This document shows positions 41,001 to 52,177 of a DNA stretch of 64,000 nt, one piece after another. The first letter of the stretch is position 1. The number at the start of each line of letters is the position of its first letter. The DNA comes from Antedon mediterranea (lineage: Eukaryota > Animalia > Echinodermata). A program made the position numbers and the translations under genes. Location of the stretch: the NCBI RefSeq assembly GCF_964355755.1, contig NC_092677.1, forward strand, positions 5,912,101 to 5,976,100, read 5' to 3'. The notes beneath the pieces are model-generated. The model saw only the letters and a list, made by a program, of their open reading frames with translations, was not told where the DNA came from and did no database searches.

Positions 41001-44000
41001 GATACCACACCCATCTCATCTAGTTTCAAATTTTTAAAGTTTTTTTTGGGTTTTTCAGTTAAATAGGCCGACTAACCAGAACGTCGACCCGGACTATTCG
41101 CTGGGCTTTCTACGGGCTCTTTTTGCTTTACAGTGCATTATGTTGATCATATGGACGAACTGGAACAGCATATTCCATAAACAATATAAATAATCTTTCA
41201 AAACTACCAAATATGGTAGTGATATGACATCATCATGTCCATATTATGGTCACATCACATTATTTTATCACATACAGTTTAATAGTGTAAAATAAACCAT
41301 GATTGGATAGATGATGTATAGAATAGGATGATTGTAATTGGTTTTGTCTACACTATCAAACTAGTTTGACAAAAAGTTTGATGTGCCCAAAAATGGTAGT
41401 TAATATGTTGAAATATAATAATGCTATGACATCATTATGTCTATATATGGCCAAAGAACATTTTTTGTGTCACACACATTGATAGTGTAGGCTGGTAATA
41501 CGTTATAGCATGAAAGATTTTTTTACTCCATGGTTATAGTGTATGTCTGTGATTTAAGTCGATAAAGACCTGTTTTGACAAGTATAAATTTGGATCAATA
41601 ATACAAGCATTCGAGTAAAAATGACAACTGAATGTAAGCTGAGAAAATATGCAATTCTCTTATTGCATTTGAATCAAGATAATTTACATCATGATATGAA
41701 CATTATTGTTCTAATTTACACAAGTTCAGATTTTGGTAGTTTTGCTTTCCAGGATTGATTTCATATACTTTGTTCTCTGTATAACAGTCTAAGGATACAT
41801 TTTCAGTTATTACATCTGATAAATGTTAAGAAATTATGGATCATACTTAAATGTCCATTCATTTTGCACAAACAAATTAAGACTGACATTATTTTGTGCA
41901 ATTATCTTTTAGACGATTCTCTATATCTAAATTACTCCAGTATAACGCTAAACGTAACTTTTTTCTTTTCCTCTACGTGATATTGTTCACTGAATTTGCT
42001 TACGATACTGTGAACAAATAATGTTATTGTAGAGATGCAGGACTGAGAATATATCGGGTGATTTGTTTTTTCAATTTTTAATTCTTTATATTTTTTAATT
42101 TCAAAGAAAATACCTGTAACATTTCAATAGTATAGATATATAGTACGTGGCAAAGTTATTTTATCCTATGTATGTTTCGTGATCAACCCTTAAACGTAAT
42201 TTATCCGTTTAATCATGAAATAAATCTAAACGGTAATAAATTATGTTTGATAGAGTGATGCAAAAATTCTCATTAATATGGCGTTCTACATTGTAGGGAT
42301 AAGAAACCGCTGATATAGTTATATTGTTGAACTTACCTAATCGTGTGATTGCGTTGCAGACATACTTAAACTAAAACACAATAAAGTATCATAAGGGAAT
42401 AATGTTTTTTTTACAAACCACGTTTGGCCCGGATCCTAAGTTTGTCATATATAATAGGCAAGCTATGCGATACGGTATCACATGTTTTAGATATATGACG
42501 CCTGTTTCATATACCATAACCTAACCTAACCAACTCTTCTATGATACATGCACCACATTTGGTACACGTAAATGCGTAATTTGCCTATGATATTATTCAA
42601 ATATAGTGGAGATTTGCATATTATACAGGTGATTCGGGCGCCAAATTTAATAAAAATAAACAATAAGTCTACAATAACAAGTTTTGTAAGGATATCTTTC
42701 AGGCCTAAATATTATATTTAAAACATTTTAAAATTAAGGAAATATTGTAAAAAAGATTGGGATTCATAATTTGCATATGGATGACGTTGCAATTTCTTCC
42801 AATTAAACGTGTCTGAAGTTCGAGAAAATAGTTTGATGTATGTCATTTTTTCAATATACTTATGTGTGTTTTTGTGTGTTTAGTTGTTTCATTTTCTGTA
42901 TTTGATATGCTTAAAATGCGCGATATAGAAAGTACGCAGTTGTCATGAGCCCTGACTAGCAACATTAAACACATTCATTTAGTCAGATATTTAACAGATT
43001 CAGTTCCAAACGTTCTAGAATTGTAAGTAAACTTGTGAGATATTTCTATTTTTATAGATTTCTAATATTGTGTTCTTTTTTCAGATAATTTTGCTGATGA
43101 TGAATTATATAAATGTATACACATGTCACTCTTCTGACTCAATCAATCGAACGCAGTGATGCTTTGTATATTTGACCCATATGCATTTTCTGTCCACATT
43201 ATAATACGCAATGAGGAGCGAATGAACAAGGTTCATATTGAGAATTGTTAATATAGACTACTTACAATTATCAATGATTGCTATGGTTTAATTGCCATCA
43301 TTCTGGTTGGTTATGGGGCGGGGGGGGGGGATGTGAGAATGGGTATGGGTTTATGACGACAATACAGAAACTGTTACTACTGCCTGAAGTGACCTCAGTA
43401 AAGAATAAACCTCCTTATTATATTGTGTTTAGTTTACACTAGGCCAAATAAGATTATGTCAAAACTACAGTATGCTTTATATTATCCTACGTTGTGATGT
43501 AATCTTTGCGTTAGGCCTATCTTTAAGTGCATTATGGAAGACGACTATAAAAATACACAACAAGAATAAGAGGTGATTAAATACTACGAGTATTACAAAT
43601 CTGAATTAAGCCAATTAAATCGTTAGAGAAATATGCACAAGGAGAGGCCTACTTTAATGTACAACCGGATGGTTTTCTTCCATCCAACATGCTGAGAGTT
43701 CAAGAATCTTCGAATGTGGAGGCCATGCAAAAGGATAGGATACAACGATACACGAAGTTATTTGTTACTGCGATTATTACAAATCAGATGTAAGCCAATT
43801 ATAAAGCTTGTGATGAGCCATTTATGTTGGGAGGCCTACTTAAGTGGGAGGTTTGGAATAACTATGAGATACGACTGAATTTTATTACATTTTTTGATCA
43901 TTTTCAAAGACAAACAACATTTCCGAATTGACTTATTTTTAAATAGCATAAATACGGTATCGTTACTGGTGAAGTTACTGTCTTATCGTAGGCCGAATTA

Positions 44001-47000
44001 AATATTAGAAAACCATGCAAAAGACACCTACTATTGAACATTTTTAGAAACTGTAGTAGTGAATGTACTACATTATTAATTGATAACTAATGTCAGTTTG
44101 CAGGAATTTAAAGAAAATATTTTTTAAAACATCTTGTTTTATACCTATTTTACATTCTGAGAAATTTACATCTTTAAGAGAATTTTGAATTTGAAAAAAA
44201 ATTAATTTTAAATTGAATTAATGTTTCATTCATAAATAAAGGTAATAAATAAGGTAATACAACATTTACAAGAGAACAAAAATATGGCTATGATTTATGA
44301 TCAATTACTTTATTTTCAATTTTGTTATGAAACCATGCATAAATAACCAAGCCCATAACTAGGCCAATTGTGTATTCTTAATGTGATGGCCTGTTATAGT
44401 GCAGTTAATTTTCTAACAATAAGGGTGATAAAACACATTGTGTTTAAGATTTTTAAACAATAAACATTTGATCATAAATGATAGCATATCGAATCCATTA
44501 TCAACTTATCTGGATGTGTTTATTTTCTAGCTTTTAAAGTAATTCTAATGGATCTGGAAAGCTTTTTCCAATTAATACGTAAACCTCTGCACTGAATTGT
44601 TTTTTAGAATGAAGAAGAGTCACAAAAAGAGATGAATTTAATACAATTTGAAGTCTGTTAGTTGCTGTTATTTATGTTTAATAATAGTAAAAAAATGTCA
44701 ATTTAGTAATAATTCTTTCTTGAACTTAAAATGACCACGGGGGACGATTGAGTACTAATCATGTAATTTATAATATTGAAGGGAAAAAATGACGTAATGT
44801 ATTTTGTATTTAAATAAGTTGATGTGATGTGAGATACAAACAAGTATCCTCTTTCGTTATGACTGATTCCGCATTTAAAGTGAATTACGACGAAGACCAA
44901 TGTGTATAATTAACGTAACGATCAAAATGGTTGAATGTCTTAATATAGAAATAAGCAAAAATTGTAATCATAAAAATGAGAAATGATATGTCAAGGAACG
45001 AAGACAAGTTAGTTCAACCCTTAGTTTAACAAGATATAAAACAAATGTATTTCCCCAGAGGACAATTCGGTTAAACCAAGTATTAACCTTTTCAGTTGTT
45101 TTTAGGTTATATGCTAGAATTGATTTTGAGTATGAAAACAGAGCTGCGATGAAAGCCGACTATGACAATTTATTGATATCCTAGTTTATGTCACATATTC
45201 GTTATGTTTTCTTCCAAAACGAACCTTTTATAAGTAGAAACTACGATAACCAATATAAATGATTACGAAATCTTTTCAAAACACTATCAAAACAGCCAAG
45301 AATACAATGTACAGTATGTAGGTCTAATTTAAGATGGGGAAAATGAAGTAGTAGGGCCTAGTTAAAAGATTGAAGGATCATGGACAATAATTTTTATAAC
45401 ACGTCATCTGAGTATATCATTGCCATTTCATTGGTAATCACGTGCTATTTAGATTCAGCATTTAATCTATTGCAAGAAAGTGTTTTAATTGTACTGCTTT
45501 ACGGCAGCTTTTGGTTTTCCAAAAATTGTTTGCAAACGCGGAGCATGCAATGGTCGATCGCTTTTGAAAAAAGAGTGCTGCCTACTGCCATTTTGAATGG
45601 CCTGTCTCCGAGCATTTGATAATGAATAAAGATGGAAGCAATTGAGTTATAGAATACAGCTTTTCTTCAGAACATAGGTGTGTTATGTATAAACACGGTA
45701 GTGAATGTGCAGAATATTTTATTATCCTTTATTCTAACGATTGGATATTAAACCGATGGGACTCATCATTATTTTAATAGCATTTAGGGCCTATATTCAT
45801 TTTGTTGCCATAACATACAATACTGCGTTTATCTAGCTTACAAATTCAATCCAAGTGTTCTGCTTTACTAATAATAGAGTCAATCCCCCATTAACCTAAA
45901 CAAGCTGTATTTTCTCAACTTTATTCTCTTATAATATAGACAGTTCTTTATGGGATTCAAAAGAATAGTTTTCAGTAAAAAGATGACGTAAGAGCAACCA
46001 TTAATCGCAATTGAACAATGTACACATTGACTTTAACAAATGCGCACAACATAATGGACTTGCTCTACATTATCTGGGGAAGGTAGATTTTAATATACGA
46101 GATGTTCACTGTGACAAATCATTTCCTGCTACTATTTCTGTCTTACATTTAAGAGAGTATTCTACGTGATCTATTTACAGTTCACTTTTACTAGAGTATG
46201 AGCAGAATCGATTCAAGAAGCTATGTTACAGAAGATGAATGTTTCAGTATTGCCATTTTATAACACCATTATAACACTATAGGTGTAATTATTCAATAGG
46301 CCCTATTGAATAATTACACCTAAATATAATATATCGTACGGGTAACAGTTAAATGGCTAGTATTGGTAAAGTTACCCAGGCGGTACCATAGTAATGATGG
46401 CCAGGTACAGTACAGGTAGCGATACTACATGTAAAACATGTATGCGATATATCACATTCATGCTTATTTATTTACCGTGGTCCCTACGCCTACCAAAGTT
46501 AGCGATAGTTGCGCCAATAAACCCAACTTACCCGGAAAAATATACCTAATATGATTAGGCCTAGAAGCAATGAGAACAGCGAGGTCGTCGCTTTCCACAC
46601 ACCCCACTGATGATGGCAACGTATATAAAGATGGAGATAGAAATATGAATTGACCTAATCAGCATAATTAACAAATGCATTTTGCATTTTGACTATTGAC
46701 TAGTATAAAACGATATCAATTTTCAGGAATGCAGTTCAATAATTGCTATAGTTGTCAATGGTATAATACTAAAACATCATGCAGACAACGAATGATAATC
46801 GTCCTTCGACAATTGAGATATAACAGTATTATAAAACGTGAAAAGAAAAAGAAGACAAAGCATAGAATTCTGAAATGCAAGATGACTGCATAAGGCACAC
46901 TTGTATAGGTAATAATTATATGTGATAGTAAGCAAATGAGAAGTTTATTACTCTGACTGGCACATATCATATGCTTATAATATACATTGTTATAAAGGTA

Positions 47001-50000
47001 AATATCATTCTTAAACATTGAAGCCACAATTCATTAAAATATAGAAACCAAACGTGTGAGTTTGAAGATGGAAAGTTTGGCGAGCCAGCTAGTCAGCTGG
47101 CGATAAAAAAAACAACTGTGCAAAATAACGCTAACGTACTAAACAATAAAATAAGAGACAGACTACAAGGTACGGGTTTCAGCAGTTACAGACAGCCAAC
47201 AGTTGGTAATAAACAACCAGGTACCTGTCTGGAATATTTACAACATGATAATAGGCCTAGAGTTCGGGCGCGTCTGTAACAATGTCGCGCGCAATTATGT
47301 CGGCAGGTGAGAGGTCAAAATTCATTCATTCACATCAGACATAATTAAACAAAAAGCTGTCATGTGAGCAATCAGTAAAAAAGATACTATGGTAAATATG
47401 TATTATTGAATACAATTGAGACACTCAAAATATATCAATGCAAACATGCATGAGAATAAATACGTATGATGCCTTATCAAAGGAATTATTATAATCTGTG
47501 TAAATAATAAATATAAGAAACAACAAACAATACAGAGAATTCAAGAGTATATGATGTTTATACTATTTGAAAACCATCACCAATAAACATATATGAATGT
47601 ACATCTGAATAAGTTAAATAAACATGGCGGGTGAAAATAATGATGCTACTCATAATTATTAGTTACTAGTCATTCTCATTTAGAAACCGCGTATCAAATA
47701 TTAATTAAGTTTATGAACGTTTGTAAAAACAAACAATGGTTACATTTGTGAAAACATGGGTATTTTACTTGTTTAATTCAAAAGGAAAAACTAACTACGG
47801 TATATATTTATATATTCAAACTTCAAGATTAATAAAGAAATTATTATAACTACAAAATAATATGATTGAATAAATATCAAATGAGCATTCTAATTTATTC
47901 TAAAATAGCATTCTTCGTAAATCAAAATTACCCCTTGCTCTCAGCTACTGAGAGATGTAGCGCGCTGAAAACGAGGTCAATTCATTACGCGCTGAAAACG
48001 AGGTCAATTCATTACGCAATGATATTTCTCAAGGTTATTACATAATCGACTGAATTCGTGACCTATATCTTCCTCAGCAACATTCTGTAAAATCAAATTC
48101 TTGAATAGATAGTTGTACGCCCGTGACACAAACTAGATACAATTATATCGTCTGTTATCTGTTATGTTATCAAACCACGTGGCGTTCACACGATTCAAAA
48201 GTAGGATTATGAACCATTTCATTGAGTCGTAGTTTGTCATTGGAATACAGACTAATGAATATTCATACTAGATTTAGTCTAGGTTCTAGACCTTGTTTCA
48301 AATTAATATTATAAAAAGATAACTATGTTAGCACATATGGCGTTCCATACGTAAAATACTTAAGCTAATGATAACGTATTTTCCAGACACAAATCGAAAC
48401 ACCGACTTACTGGTGATGGACTAAAATAAAAAAGACAACTAAATTCTTAGGGAAAGTCTTTTAATTAGATTAAATTGAAATGACAGTTCACACATGATTA
48501 TTTAAACTTTTTTTTAAAGTCAACGATTAAAATAAAAGGTTTATTTACAATACGATAACAAAAAGGCACTTTTTTTTTTACAGAAAACAAAATAAATTCG
48601 AAAAGTTTCATCCAGATAAAGTATTTATACTGCCTTTGATGGGAATAACAAGTCAAACTAAATTACGCTGTGAATATCAACAGCAACATTCCTACATATG
48701 ACTTTAATATTATTTTCATCGAAATTCATAATATCTTAGATTAAATGAAACTTTAATTACTGTAGGCCTAGGAAAATACAATGCTATTACTGTGTTTAGA
48801 TAATTTTCTATATGTTTCGTGAACATACCCGGTCGTACACTGGAATAATTTGATTTTAATATTAAAAATAATTTTAAAAAGGCATGCATCTGTCGTTGAA
48901 AACAAGTGTATGGTGAGTGTTTTGCTTCGAGCATCACATAATCGTCATGTTTTACTATAAATGTCTTATAGGCCCACAGAAACCTAACAGACATAAGGTA
49001 TTAGTCGTGAAGAGCAACATACAAACTAATTGGATTTTTTTTAAATTATTACTGTTAACTACATTATTATGAGATGAAAATGATGAATGAAGCTAAAAAT
49101 GTGTATTATTATTATTTCATAATATAAATCACAGGCCGCAATTGCATTGTGAAAATGACATCGCAAACAACTCATCATTTGACAAATGCTTTACGATGCT
49201 GAAATTTTTATGAAATTTGAGAAAACATTAGTACAATATGGTTTATTATTCTTAGATTTATCTCGCCTACTCTTGGGTAGATAAGGACAACGAAGCTAAC
49301 TTGCGTATTGACAATTACCCAGAGGCCTTAAGAGAGACAGCCGACATTGCAATAACTATCGATTTTCAATAATGGAATCAGTGAGTCTAATTTCAAGCAG
49401 ATATTTTGGATCTCAAGCCTGACATTATACTAAGCGTAATAATTTGAAGCAGCTAAGCCACTGTAGAAAAAAGGAGTATTACTGATTCAACAGGTGTTAG
49501 TGTGGACAATCAAAAGTATGTGTTAGTTAAACTCTGTCTACATATTAGTTTGAAAAAAAAAGAAAAGATGTGATGTGCTTATATGGTAGTGATATGCCCA
49601 AATATTGTATTGATATAACATCATCATGTTCAAATGGGCACATCACTTTATTTGCCGTACACAGTTTTATAGTAGTTACACATTGATGTTAGCATTCTGG
49701 TGACTCCCTAAAATAATGTGCAGTGGGTATAGTTTCAGTAGGATAAACGGTGGATTTCTGAACTTCATAAAAAATACCTCTCAATTTTAATCATTTAGGC
49801 AGTGGCACAATATAATATAATCAAATTATGTAATTTAAACTATCGACGACGACGATGGCGATGATGATGACGATAGCGATGATGATGATAATGGTGGCGA
49901 TGATGATGATAATGATGACGATGGCGATGATGATGATAATGATGACGATGGCGATGATTATGATAATGATGATGGCAATAATCATGACGATGGCAATGAT

Positions 50001-52145
50001 GATGATAATGATGATGATGGCGATGATGATGATGATGATGATGATGATGATAATGACGACGATGATGATAATGAACAGGATGATATGATTTAATACAAGG
50101 ATGACGTTAAATGTTAGAAAGAGTAAACAAGAATCGGCGATACAAAATACAGTCATAATGTGTAGACAATTATGAATGTTCTTTACACTAAAGCATCACT
50201 TACAGTTACTGCTAATCTTCAGGAACACACTACACACTAAAATAATGCTAGTTTAATTAAATGTTCTAAATATACACATGAAATCGATCATCAACAGGCA
50301 TAGGCAGTACAATAATGATATAATACGACATCAATCAACCTACAGTACACATTCCAATAATGCAATCAATTAATCCAACTTCAAGTTAGTATTGGTACTT
50401 AGCATCGACTCATGGCTTAATTCGAATAATTTCACAATTTAGGTACAGGTGATCAGATAAAGTGCAAATTTACGAATTAGTATAATTGAATAAAGGTAGT
50501 AATCAAACATATTATGAGTCAGAATAATATACATTTCTCTGTTTTATTTTATACTTTACAGTTATCTTAAAACACAGTGTCACATTGCATACGTATTACC
50601 TCTAAATTATTCATAATAATGATACGAGCAGAATTCAGTGGTGTAACATAACCAAGTCACGTGTTGCGGCGATAGGCTATAATAAATAATTTGTAACATT
50701 GATAAAACTGACGGTTCTTACTATTTGTACTGATGATGTGATGGAATGAATATTACACTGATGAATGTAATAATTATAAGGCCTCAAAAATGTCATGTAG
50801 CCATGACCAAAACCAAATAAAAATAAATATACGGTCTACTTTTTTTACACGATGAGCATTACTTTTTTTATATAAATGAGTACATGCATGAGCTTTTTTA
50901 AAACCATTTATTAATTTATTATTTTAGACAATTTTGGCTTAGTAAATTTAAAATTTAAAAGTCAAGGAGGGAAAATCCACCAGAGCCAGTTTTCAATCGA
51001 TTCTCTGCTTTAAAAACTTTAAACACTTTTTGGCCTAACTGATCATGACAAAACTGATGATCAGTGATTACCGGATATGTGGATAAAGATAATTAACATT
51101 AATACAATTAATAGTGGTCATTTGTTGTATTAATAAGATGATAACCCTAATATCAATTAATTTGATAATAAGGAACAATGATTATAAACACAGTGATGAC
51201 ATTAACGAACGTTGATTAATAATGACCATAGGTTACCTAACATCACACAATGCGTGGATCCCAAGTGTTCGCATTCTCTTATGTTTTGTGAATTACTCAC
51301 GCATCGTTACATGATACACGCAAGCATAAAAAAAACAAGCAAAATTGTACTTTAAAAAATGCTGAATTTTGTTTTAAGCATTTTGGCTTAACGTGAATTA
51401 GTACAGAGTATATGTTACTATTCTGATTAGGCCTACCACACATTTTCTTACTATTTTAGACAGTGCAAGGATTTTTTTCGAAAAATGGCGACTACCAATT
51501 TCAATTTATTAGATTTGAAGATTTTACTGCGAGGAATAATAACACAATACAGATTATGTTATTGTTCAGATGTTTTCCCTACTGTGAACTGTGATATTAT
51601 TTTGTACTTTATCTACCACATTGAAAAAAATTGCGAAAAAAATCATAATTTTCGGGTATGACTCGATCCCACGACCTCCAGATCACTAACCAGACGTTCA
51701 TCCTGTACCTATAGACCACCGAGCTTGCTCCCTACCCAATATTAGTTAAATATACAATTATCATACAGATTGAGTGCATATATTCCATTTTACAACATCG
51801 TGACTGGAGATTATGATGATGATGATGAGGAGGAGGAAGATGATAATGATGATGATGATGATGATGATGATAAAGAGGAGGATGATGATGAAGATAATGA
51901 TGATAAGGAGGAGGATGGTGATGATAGAGAGGATGAGGAACATGATAATGGAGAGGATGAGAAAAATGATGAAGAGGATGAGGAACATGATGATGGTGAT
52001 GAGGATGATGTAGAGAAGGAAAAACATGATGATGATGATGATTATGATGATGATGATCATGAAGAGGAGGATGGAGAGGAGGAAGATGACAATGATGATG
52101 AGGTGGAGGTGGAGGAGGAGGAGGATAAAGGAGAGGAGTAGGTCA

Positions 52146-52177
<32 letters not shown>

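Noticed and set aside
49821-50156. Poly-Ile and poly-Met ORFs
   Set aside because: Trinucleotide repeat artefacts.
50204-50236. 33-nt phase 1-1 open candidate exon (VCSVFLKISSN) in intron 1
   Set aside because: Splice sites are plausible, but such matches are expected by chance in 19 kb and the gene model does not need it.
51770-52141. 123-aa Asp/Glu-rich ORF and overlapping poly-Ile/poly-Met ORFs
   Set aside because: Product of a GAT/GAG microsatellite, with no ATG start or splice context.
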